Positions 52,401 to 62,597 of a stretch of DNA of 64,000 bases are shown in pieces. The notes below the pieces were generated by a model. It was not told the origin of the DNA. It ran no database searches and worked only from the letters and a program-made list of their open reading frames with translations. Location of the stretch: NCBI RefSeq assembly GCF_006345805.1, contig NC_043021.1, forward strand, positions 18,662,001-18,726,000. Reading direction: 5' to 3'. Source of the DNA: Octopus sinensis. Taxonomy: Eukaryota. Position 1 is the first letter of the stretch, and every line of letters begins with the position of its first letter. The position numbers were made by a program, and so were the translations under genes.

Positions 52401-53884
52401 TGAGTAGAATATTGGAAATACCTCGTTCCGTTCCTCGGACAGCAAATCCGATTTTCACATCGGTCATAAACTTAGCCATTTTGATAGCTACTTCACCAAT
52501 TTGAATGGCTAATTCATACGTAGGTGCTAAACACAGACACTGAAATTAGAAGAAGAAATTGTAAGAAGAGGAAATGATAATGATGATGATGATGAATTTT
52601 GGCACAAGACCAGCAACTCCACGATGGAGTTGTTCTGTTCAGGAGGGGGAATTTTGCGATCTCAGTCACTTGCATGCCATGGAAACTGGTTAAGCAGCCC
52701 TATGAGCCTTAGGACTCAAGGCAGTAATGTTGACCAGCCTATACAACAGTGACCAGGCCCATCAATAACACCTTGAGAGAGAGAAAGAGAGAGAGAGTGC
52801 TCTATTTATTGGCAGGTAATCTCACAATGCAGACTCACAAATAGAGACCGCTCTAATGGCAGGCAGACTCACAGAGATTACTAGGTAACAGACTGATAGT
52901 AGAGACTCACAAATAAAGATTTCTTTATTAGCTGGCAGACGGACTCACAAATAGAGACCACTCTAATGTGGCAGGCAGACTCACAGAGATTACTAGGTGA
53001 CAGACTCATAGTAGAGACTCACAAATAGAAACTGCTCTAATGGCAGGCAGACTCACAGAGATTACTCTACTAGGTGACAGACTCATAGTAGAGACTCACA
53101 AATAGAGATTTCTCTATTAGCTAGCAGACAGACTCATAGTAGAGAATCACAAATAGAAGCTGCTCTATTTGCTGGCAGGCAGACATACAATAACTGAAAA
53201 CCCAGCTGGGTTCCTTTACAGGGTTCAGAGTAATGGTTAGCATTAGCCTGTGTAACATATTTTCACAAACCCATTTTTCTACAAAGACCATGGATCCTGC
53301 TACTCACCTCTTTGGCTTTAACTTAGCCAACATGGACAAGCACAACAACAAATAAACAATGAAAAGTGATGCTGATGATGGCAGTGATGATAAATCGAGC
53401 TCACCAATATGCCAGGTTCAAAGTTAACCCTTTCATTACTGTATTTATTTTGAGGTGCTCTGTGTTTCTTTCAATTAATTTTAGATATAACAGAGAATTT
53501 AATAAAATAACTTAGTTACCATTAAGCTGGTGTTAGGAACATAAATTGTGACTAAGGTTTGGTGGAAGATTTTAATTCAAAACTTATGAAAACATGACAT
53601 TTGTACTCAGGGCCAGAGGCGGTTTCAGCTGGGTTGGTAACGAAAGGGTTAAATGGGAGCTTACAAAGTGTGGGGGGGGGGGGGGGGAGAAAAAGAAAAG
53701 AAAATAACAAAAAAAAAACCTCAGTAAGTACATATTTTTACCTGAGGGTATTTGAGGTTAACATCTACTCTACTTAGCATGGTGAGAACAAAGGCAGCTG
53801 TTTTTCCAGTTCCACTCTGAGACTGCGCAATCATGTTTACAGGGCTGACAACAAAGAGAATAAACACGAGATATAGATACATAA

Positions 53885-53928
<44 letters not shown>

Positions 53929-56900
53929 CTGAAGAAAGAAAACAAACACTACCCCCATGACATCACACTATAAACTTGTAGGATGATGATGTCCTTTGAT
54001 GTCCATTTTCCATGCTTGCAGGAGCTGGGTGGGAATTTTGCTGAGGTAGATTTTCTATTTCTGGATGCTCTTCCTGTTTCCAACCCTCACCTGTTGCCGA
54101 GTAAGGCGATCAGGAATTTCCCCGTGACCAGAAATGGTTCCATGGACGATTAGAAATAATGGACACGGCTTACATGACAGTGACACACATTTACAACTAT
54201 ATCGAGGTAAGGAAACACAGATCTTTACCTTTTGACCGACAGATTTAAAAAATAATTTTTTGTAACTAAACACTTTCAAACTTCAGACACTGGTAGAATG
54301 TGTCATATAAAACATCTTTTACTCTTAGCATTTTTGAGAAAAACTTATATTTACAAAGCTATATCACGTTAAAGTTCTCGCATTTCGGTAATTTCAACCA
54401 ATCAATGACGTGTATTCAGCTGAATAAACTTCTTACCACACAGCCACACACAAGGGGGGGGGGGGTGCTGAAAAGTTCCTGGCTTTGGATAAAAGAAAAT
54501 ACAGGAGGATCAGTTAATTAGGATTTCATTCAAGACTAGCACTATGACCGGCAACACCGGGTCATAGTGCTAGTGCATGCATATACAGCTGCGTGCGTGT
54601 GCAAATACACGCGAGTACTGTCCAAATCTCTGACCAATCACATACAGCTAGCTGGCATTCAATTGGCGTATCAAGTTTCGGGCATTTTGATTGGGTTTTG
54701 GATAGAAAATTCACAAAAGAGTCACTTCTATTGATTTTTTAATGGCTTTGCGAGGTGACTGGGGAAATGTAAAGATGTGCATGACCACCCTTGGATGGTT
54801 TTGAATGACCATAGAAAGTGCGAGCCCTCTAACTGAAAAATTGTGGATCTGTATAAAGGACACACACACAGACAGACATTTTACCGTTTATATATATAGA
54901 GAGACTAGCAGTATCGCCCGGCGTTGCTCGGGTTGTAAGGGAAATAACTATATAAGCATTTTTAGAGAGTTATAGCCAAAAAATAGCAAAAAAATGCATT
55001 AAAAATTGAAAAAAATTAAGGTAGATTTTTTTTAAAAATCGTTGACACATCGTAGATATTTTTAGAGAGTTACTTCCCTTATATAAAAGCGAAAAAAATG
55101 CATTAAAATGGAAAAATATGATGGTAAATTTTTTTTAAATCGTAGACTCATGCTAATACCCAGAAGGGCTCGATATGAATCACGACTATAAGATACCCGC
55201 TTTTGGTTAAACTGCACCGCAAAATGTGGGAGTAGTTAGGAATCTAAATCGTAGGAGACAGACACACAACTTCACTCTTATATAAAGATGCTTTTTTTTT
55301 TTCAGTCATAGAGTTAGATTTATGGTCTTCAGTAGAAAATCCTTCGAATTCTGACTCGCTGCTTGATATAATGAAATTCGTATCCATTTTTTTGTCAGAA
55401 TTACAAATTTTGAAAACACAATAGGAACAAATTTCGGAAAAAAATCTCCCATAATTCACGGAATTAAAATTACACTTCGATTTTTGTACAAAACTGTATT
55501 TGAAGTGTTTACGAAGTATAATGCGTGTTTTCACGAATGTACTAAAGAGATTTACTCTGATATTCTCATTTAAATATGAATAGGTAAATTCGGGCGGTTT
55601 GGTAACGAAAGGGTTAAACGGATGCATACATTTATTAATAACTATATATAAGTGTCGTCTGTTTATACATAAACAGTTTCATACTTTCAGTTTAGTCTTC
55701 CTCAAATCACTCTGTCGCTATTTACTCTCTTCCAAGAACATTTTCACTCACTCTTATCTCTTAGCTTGCCATACATTTTACTCATGTATCTATCAGCGTG
55801 ATAGACAGAAACAAATATTACATCTAGTTTCACTCTATTCGTTGCACACTGTGTGTGTGCGTTTGCATGTGCTGTAAACCAGACTAAGAAAAGCATTTGA
55901 CATACACACCAGAATGTGAGTTTTCTGTAAATTTTGCTTAATTGGAGTTTAAATTTTAAAAACTGGACCTGGCATGACCCGATGCATTCTACTCTTAAAA
56001 ATGCTAGGTAAATTGTAATTGAAGAAATCCTATATTGTAGATTTCTATAAGTGACAAAGGGAGGCAGATAAAATCTGCCTTTTATAATAAGAGATATTCC
56101 TTTCTCAGATACACACACTTATTGCAGTAGCCCTTCAGTTTTCCTAAGCCCTGTAAAAGAACTCAGAAGGTTGGGCCTCCAACCAGGTCCTTTGTGATAC
56201 CCTTAACACCAGGAATTTTTCAGTACCCCCTTCATACAGAGAAATGTTTCCATTGGTGAGACAAAACGAGCTGAAGTATACTTACGGGTTGGCTAGTAAA
56301 GTTGGCAAAGCAGTTTCTTGAATTTTTGAAGGAGCATCAAATCCCATTGCATACACACCTCTAAGAAGTTCAGGTTTTCTGTCGATAAAACACACATGTA
56401 CAAGATTAACTATTCATCATTTAACCCTTCAGCATTCAGATTATTCTGTCAAATGTAAAGCTTATGTATTCACACCATGTAAAATTAATCTTGCATCATT
56501 CCATGGCTTTGAGATTTCAATGATGTGATTGTTTATTATTAAAATGACACAATAAGGTAGCTATGAATGACCATATCTGACTAGTTTGAACATAAAATAG
56601 GTAGAATATTCTAGCCGGATATGGCCAGTTTAAACACTAATGGGTTAAACTTACAATTTTCTGGACTGTCATAGATGAGACAATCAATAAACTGTTGATC
56701 TGCTGAATAATGTTGAATGAGAATGAGTAGTTATATACCCTCTCTACATGTAGTCTACAACAAATTCCGATGTAATCTATACCATCTAAAAGATATTTGT
56801 AGAAAATTTCATTGAAAAATATCAATTTTTCTGAATGTTACAAGTATACAAAGTTGACTCATGTGAATTATCCTACAAAATTTTAAACCAAACAAATTCT

Positions 56901-59900
56901 TATATTGTCGTAATCTACACCAAGTATTCGGAAAAAATTTCATTGAAAAATAGCATTCTTTACATTATTTACATTTGATGGATATTTGTCCTCATCTTGT
57001 TTGTTGTTAACACAACGTTTCAGCTGATATACCCTCCAGCCTTCTTCAGGTGTCTTGAGGAAATTTTTGTTATGTACTTGTCTGAGTATTTTTTTTATCA
57101 TGCCTAATGCACCTACTATGATAGGAATTGTTTCTGTTTTTAGATTCCACATTCTGGTTACCTCTATTTTCAGGTTTTTCTATTTTGAAAGTTTCTCCAT
57201 TTCTTTTAGAGAAACGTTGCCATCTGCTATTATTATTATTATTATTAATGTTATTGTTCAGGTCACTGCTTGGAATTGAACTTGGAATCTTGGGGTTAGT
57301 AGCCCACGCTCTAAACCACTACGCCATATGCCCATGGGCATATGGCTTAGCATTTTTCTGAATGTTACAAGTATACAAAGTTGACTCATGTGAATTATCC
57401 TACAAAATTTTAAACCAAACAAATTCTGATATTGTTGTAATCTACACCAAGTATTTGTAAAAACATTTCACTGAAAAATAGCCATTTTCCTTACAGATAT
57501 GAGGAAACAAAGCGGGTGGGAGGACAGGGTATACTTGTGTAGTTATGCCACAGTGAAGTGGATAATAGTTATGTTTAAGGCGGCGAGCTGGCAGAACCGT
57601 TAGCACGCCGGGCGAAATGCGTAGCCGTATTTCATCTGCCGTTATGTTCTGAGTTCAAATTCCACAGAGGTCGAATTTGCCTTTCATCCTTTCAGGGTCA
57701 ATGAACTAAGTACCAGTTACGCACTGGGGGTCAATGAAATCGACTTAATCCGTGTATCTGTCCTTGTTTGTCCCTTCTGTGTTTAGCCCTTTGTGGGTAG
57801 TAAAGAAATAGGTATTTCGTCTGCCAATTACGTTCTGAGTTCAAATTCCACCAAGGTCGACTTTGCCTTTCATCCTTTCAGGGTCGGCAAACTAAGTACC
57901 AGTTATGCACTGAGGGTCGATGTAATCGACTTAATCCATATGTCTGTCCTTGTTTGTCCCCTCTATGTTTAGCCCCTTGTGGGTAATAAAGAAACAGATA
58001 GTTATGTTTACTTACAGATTCAAGTCATTGAATGTCTTGACAAAATACAATGGAGAACGAGGGTCTTTCCTCAACACTTCAAGATCTGTCTTTGTGGTAA
58101 CCAATTTAGATCGAAGAATTTTACGCAAATATGAAGCATCTTCCTTTGAGGTTTCTGAAATGCCAAAATATACACACAATTGTTTATACATGCTGTTGTT
58201 GGTTTTTATACGCAATGGAACCCTCACATCATACATACATACATCACATTGTCATCATCATCGTCGCCGTTTAACGTCCATTCTTCTATGCTTGCATGGG
58301 TCGGGTGGAGAGTTTATTTGTGGCAGATTTTTCTACAGCTGGATACCCTTCCTGTTGCCAAGCAGGGTAATAATCCCTATGGCCAGACATGTTCTTGCAG
58401 AATATTGGAAATGAATGACACTGCTTGTATGACAGTGACACTCATTTACAACTATCATGCAATGCCAAGAAGACACAAAAACACACAGACATGCATATAT
58501 ATATATATATATACTCTTTCACTTGTTCCAGTTATTTGACTGTAGCCATGCTGGAGCACCACCTTTAGTCGAGCAAATCAACCCCAGGACTTATTCTTTG
58601 TAAGCCTAGTACTTATTCTATCGGTCTCTTTTGCCAAACCGCTAAGTTACGGGAACATAAACACACCAGCATCGGTTGTCAAGCGATGTTGGGGGGACAA
58701 ACAAAGACACACGAACACATTCACACACACATATATATATATATATATATGACAAGCTCTTCTTTCAGTTTCTGTCTACCAAATCCACTCACCAGGCATT
58801 GGTCAGACCGAGGCTATAGTAGAAGACACTTGCTCAAGGTACCACGCAGTGGGACTGAACCTGGAACCATGTGGTTGGTAAGCAAGCTACTTACCACACA
58901 GCCACTCCCATGCCTATATATATATATGAAGAGAGAGAGAGAAAGAGAGAGACTTTCCCTTGGATAACATCGGTGGCATGGAGAAGGGAGGCTGGTATGC
59001 ATGGGCAATTGCTAGTCTTCTATAAAAACCTTGCTTGGACTTGTGGTTTAGAGGGGAACTTTCCGGATGCAATCCTATGGTCATTCATGACCAAAAGGGC
59101 TTGAGATGCTCTGTGTTTCTTTCAATTACTTTAAATATAACAAAGAATTTATTATAAATTGTGACTAAGGTTTGGTGGAGGATTTTAATTCAGAACTTTT
59201 GAAAACAAGACATTTGTACTACAGAGCCAGAAGCAGTTTCAGGTGGGTTAGTATCAAAAGGGGGGTTAAGAATTGTTTATTATATATTTTAACCCTTCTG
59301 TTACCATATTTCTGTTGAGATGCTCTGTGTTTCTTTCAATTAATTTTAGATATAACAAAGAATTTAGTAAAATAACTTAATTATCATTAAGCTAGTGTTA
59401 GGAACATAAATTGTGACTAAGGTTTGGTGGAAGATTTTAATTCAGAACTTAAGAAAACAAGGCATTTGTACTACAGAGCCAGAGGCAGTTTCAGCTAGAT
59501 TGGTATTGAAAGGGTTAAGAATTGTTTCTCTATTATATATTTCAACCCTTTTGTTACCATATTTCTGTTGAGATGCTCTGTGTTTTCTTTCAATCATGTT
59601 AAATATAACAAAGAATTTAGTAAAATAACTTAGTTATCATTCAGCTAGTGTTAGGAACATAAATTGTGACTAAGGTTTGGTGGAAGATTTTAATTCAAAA
59701 CTTATGAAAACAAGGCATTTATACGACAGAACCAGAGGTGGTTTCAGTCATGTTGGTAACGAAAGGGTTAAGGAATCCACCATCAACATCTGTAAAGTGC
59801 TTTAGAGTTAGGAAGGGCATCAAACCACAGAAACCACACCAAAGCAGACAGTAAAACCTGGCACCGTCCTCTGGCCCCTCCAGCTCCCATCAAAGCATCC

Positions 59901-61787
59901 AACCCACGCCAACAGACATTAAATGATGATGATGATGATATGAACTTGCTGACTAAAAGTCCCAATCTGGTACCACCCCGAGCCAGTCAGTTCTCCATCC
60001 TCCCACTATAACTGATATAATAGTCATCTTACCAACATCATCTTCGTCAGGAGTATCTCCTGCAGGCTTCACTGTTGTGGATGATGATATAGTCGTAGAA
60101 CTCTGATTAGGGGCAGCTGTTGGTGGGGTGCTGTTTGAATTCTGGTTCAATGTGGTTGTGTTTTCATTTTTCTTCAGGGTCATCTCACTCACCTGCAGTA
60201 AATAACATTATTATTATTATTAATATTAAATATAACAAAGCTAGAAAACATTATGATTCAAACATTTTCTCTTATTTTATTTCGTTGCTTCACTGGCACG
60301 TGTAAAAAGATTCGAGCAAGGTCATTGCCAGCGCCGCCTGATTGGGCACATAAAAGCACCCACTACACTCTCGGAGTGGTTGGCGTTAGGAAGGGCATCC
60401 AGCTGTAGAAACTCTGCCAGATCAAGATTGGAGCCTGGTGCAGCCATCTGTTTCGCCAGCCCTCAGTCAAAATCGTCCAACCCATGCTAGCATGGAAAGC
60501 GGATGTTAAACGATGATTTTCTTTACAAATCATCATCATCACTATTATTATTAACTAGATGGCCTCGTGCTGTCAAAAATGACGGCTAATTGTAGTATCT
60601 TATATGTAAATAAGGTACAAAATATTCACAGATACAAACATTCACATACATCCCTTGTACACACACACACATATACTCACACAGAGTTGAAACGCTGTTT
60701 GATTTTTCTTTTCAGCGTTGAATGTTCACCATCCCACTTCCATTGCACACACACACACACACACACACTCAAACAGAGTTGAAATGTTTGATTTTTGTTC
60801 ACCGTAGAACTTCTATCATCCCACTACCATGTTTGCCATCACCCTTCCTTCCTTATTCATCTATCACCCCTTCCTTTCTCATTCGCATGCTGTGACAGAG
60901 AAATACACAAGAGTATTATTATTATTATTATTAATGCAGCAAGCTGGCAGAATCGTTAGAATGCTGGGCAAACTGCTTGGTGGCATTTCGTCCATCTTTC
61001 TGTTCAGAGTCGACAAAATCATGATCATTGTTCGACCTTGGTTGAGACAATGGAATTTACCATGCTACGCCAGACTTCACGGTCCATCATAGCATTACGG
61101 AGGTCCTGTTGCTGGATGCCTGTATCCCTGGAGATTACATCAGGGTAGGAGAGTGTGCGCCTTCTGGTATCGCGAGCAGATGGCTTCCAGAGGAGAAGAG
61201 TAGAAATTACCTCGTTTTCAGCTCTACAACAATGTCCAGCAAACTGGACTCTTCTACCTTTCACAAGAGATGACACAGATGGTAATTTCCCATATATTTG
61301 CATTTTGGTTGGATGACGCTTCCACGAGAGATTTTGAGCTCTCATAAGGAGGCGAGTGTAAGTTCCATCCAACCGCCTCTCAAGCTTCTTTGATAATGTC
61401 CAGGTTTCTGAGACATATAGTAGAATTGGTTCGACTGTGGCTTTGAAGATTTAAAGTTTGAAATCTCTACTTAGATTTGATGACCAGATCTTATGCATAT
61501 CATTACAAAATAATGATATGCAAAATAAGTACCACTCAAGCATTGGGGTCAATGTAATTGACTAACTCCCTCCCTTCAAAAACTGCAGGCCTTGTGCCAA
61601 AATTTAAAACCATCATCATAGTTATTATCATCATTGGTTATTATTGAAGGTGGCCAGCCAGCAGAATAGTTAGCATGCCAGGCGAAATGCTTAGCAGTAT
61701 TTTGTCTGTCTTTATGTTCTGAGTTCAAATTCCACCAAGGTTGACTTTGCCTTTCATTCTTTCGGGGTCAATAAATTAAGTACTAGT

Positions 61788-61842
<55 letters not shown>

Positions 61843-62597
61843 TTATGGCAGAATTGTTAGCATGTCAGGCAAAAGCTGTCCCCCTCATTTTTTGGGGGCT
61901 TTACAATGTTCAAATTCTGCCGAGATCAACTTTGCCATTCGTTCTTTTGGGGTGGCTATAAATTAAGTAGCAGTTAAACACTAGGGTCAATGTAATCGAC
62001 TTAACCCCTTCCACCAAATTTCAGGCCTTGTGCCTATAGCAGAAAGGATTATTATTATAGGATGTTTGTTTGTCCTTACATTCTGAGTTCAAATCCTGCC
62101 AGGGTCAACTTTGCATTTTGTCCTTTCAGGATTGACAAAATAAGTCCTAGTTGAGCACTGGGGTCAATGCAATGAACTGACCCCTTCCTCAGAATTGCTG
62201 AGCCTTCTACTTTAGCCTCAGGCCAACCAGAGCCTTGTGAGTGCATCTGGTATGCGGAAACAGAACGAAGCTTGTTGTGTGTGTGTATGTATACACGTGC
62301 CTTTGTATCTGTCCCCCAGCACCACTTCACAACTGGTGTTGGTGTGTTTACGTCCCCATACCTTGTCAGTTCAGCAAAAGACTAAATTTCAAGCTTAACA
62401 AAAACCTATAAGTACAGGTGGAATCGATTCATTAGACTAAAACTCATCAATGCACTGCCCCAGCATGGCCCCAGTCTAATGACCAAAACGAGTAAAAGAT
62501 TAAAGACGAAGATTGAAGTAATTAAGAAAATTGTCCCACTTACCCGCATAGCCAACCCCTGCTCCTGTTCATTGACTTGTGCCGACCAGTCAGACAT
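38437..62597 (-). CDS. DDX19: ATP-dependent DEAD-box RNA helicase DDX19/Dbp5 (DDX19/DDX25 family), 11 coding exons, 1488 nt / 495 aa
   Basis: Exons (gene order) 62597-62544, 60192-60033, 58154-58016, 56378-56286, 53844-53742, 52539-52422, 51014-50846, 45406-45172, 44979-44817, 41583-41395, 38501-38437. All introns are GT-AG and phases close. Motifs: Q ([14 protein letters not shown]), I ([10 protein letters not shown]), Ia (PTYELA), Ib (TPGT), II (DEAD), III (SAT), V (ARGID), VI (HRIGRTGR), plus the Dbp5-type N-terminus ([12 protein letters not shown]; DPRSPLY). An acceptor sits 4 nt before the ATG, so a non-coding first exon lies further upstream and was not located. Confidence 0.96.
39762..40311. 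mobile_element. mariner-derived foldback element made of two inverted 3' ends
   Basis: Arms 39762-39996 and 40076-40310 are reverse complements. They contain the mariner C-terminal coding remnant ([26 protein letters not shown]) and mariner-type TIRs flanked by TA. Confidence 0.85.
40325..40408. repeat. (CA)n microsatellite
   Basis: Direct reading. Confidence 0.95.
41395..41583 (-). CDS. DDX19: DDX19 coding exon 10 (motifs V, VI)
   Basis: [48 protein letters not shown]..., 189 nt. Confidence 0.96.
42881..43261 (+). mobile_element. tRNA-derived SINE family D nested in a family E SINE
   Basis: Head GGAGGCGCAATGGCCCAGTGGTTAGGGCAGCGG; 11-bp TSD ATCCAAGGGAA at 42870-42880 and 43262-43272. Other family D copies at about 22344-22525, 39237-39540, 51345-51690(-). 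Confidence 0.85.
43606..44020 (+). mobile_element. CR1 LINE 3' fragment
   Basis: [31 protein letters not shown], short 3' UTR and (ATT)n tail. Confidence 0.85.
44817..44979 (-). CDS. DDX19: DDX19 coding exon 9
   Basis: [54 protein letters not shown], 163 nt. Confidence 0.96.
45172..45406 (-). CDS. DDX19: DDX19 coding exon 8 (motifs III, IV)
   Basis: [21 protein letters not shown]...IGQAVVFCK, 235 nt. Confidence 0.96.
46243..46465. mobile_element. piggyBac-type MITE family 1
   Basis: TTAA|CCC...GAAAGGG|TTAA; further copies at 53428-53648 and in tandem at about 59101-59771. Confidence 0.8.
46498..46891 (-). mobile_element. RTE/RTEX-group LINE 3' fragment, interrupted by a short CR1-group tail insertion
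   Basis: Same peptide as 30966-31312; insertion at 46773-46845. Confidence 0.85.
48770..49006 (-). mobile_element. SINE family B monomer with a 15-bp target-site duplication
   Basis: TSD TTGAGGATATAATGT at 48755-48769 and 49007-49021. Confidence 0.88.
49830..50395 (+). repeat. tandem duplication, about 243-bp period (2 copies plus a partial third)
   Basis: Near-identical repeats of a SINE A head plus a mariner TIR fragment (AAAGCTGGGAACTTTTTAATACCCCCTCGTG). Confidence 0.85.
50846..51014 (-). CDS. DDX19: DDX19 coding exon 7 (motifs Ib, II)
   Basis: [57 protein letters not shown], 169 nt. Confidence 0.96.
52422..52539 (-). CDS. DDX19: DDX19 coding exon 6 (motif Ia)
   Basis: [39 protein letters not shown], 118 nt. 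Confidence 0.95.
52800..53190. repeat. higher-order minisatellite built on an AGACTCAC core
   Basis: Recurring AGACTCACAAATAG / GCAGGCAGACTCACAGAGATTACTAGGT / CAGACTCATAGTAG blocks. Confidence 0.85.
53428..53648. mobile_element. piggyBac-type MITE family 1
   Basis: TTAA TSD, CCCTTTCATTAC / GTAACGAAAGGG TIRs. Confidence 0.8.
53742..53844 (-). CDS. DDX19: DDX19 coding exon 5 (motif I)
   Basis: [34 protein letters not shown], 103 nt. Confidence 0.96.
54535..55289 (+). mobile_element. two tandem Helentron/HINE-like elements (54535-54900, 54904-55289)
   Basis: ACTAGCACTATGACC..GGTCATAGTGCTAGT hairpin; ACTAGCAGTATCGCCCGGCGTTGCTCGGG start; ends ...CACACAAC..TATATAAAGAT. Confidence 0.62.
56286..56378 (-). 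CDS. DDX19: DDX19 coding exon 4 (Q motif)
   Basis: [31 protein letters not shown], 93 nt. Confidence 0.95.
57009..57054 (-). ncRNA. minimal type I hammerhead ribozyme motif (Penelope-type repeat)
   Basis: GACAC-CUGAAGA-A-GGCUG[GAGGGUAUAU]CAGCU-GAAA-CG-UU-GUGUU; stems I and II pair, palindromic AACGUU at helix III. Confidence 0.7.
57063..57225 (-). mobile_element. non-LTR retrotransposon RLE-endonuclease fragment (R4/Dong-like)
   Basis: [38 protein letters not shown] matches the K..KY..L..E...W....P.V.GALG pattern. Confidence 0.6.
58016..58154 (-). CDS. DDX19: DDX19 coding exon 3
   Basis: [47 protein letters not shown], 139 nt. Confidence 0.94.
59101..59771. mobile_element. tandem array of three piggyBac-type MITE copies
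   Basis: Three successive units of about 230 bp ending GGG-TTAA. Confidence 0.75.
60033..60192 (-). CDS. DDX19: DDX19 coding exon 2 (low-complexity T/S/N N-terminal region)
   Basis: ctgcag|[14 protein letters not shown]...GDTPDEDDV|gtaaga, 160 nt, phase 0 to 1. Confidence 0.85.
61020..61385 (-). mobile_element. RTE/RTEX-group LINE 3' fragment
   Basis: [17 protein letters not shown]...RRVQFAGHC...DREVWRSMV. Confidence 0.85.
62544..62597 (-). CDS. DDX19: DDX19 coding exon 1
   Basis: gtag|[25 protein letters not shown]|gtaagt. Confidence 0.9.
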
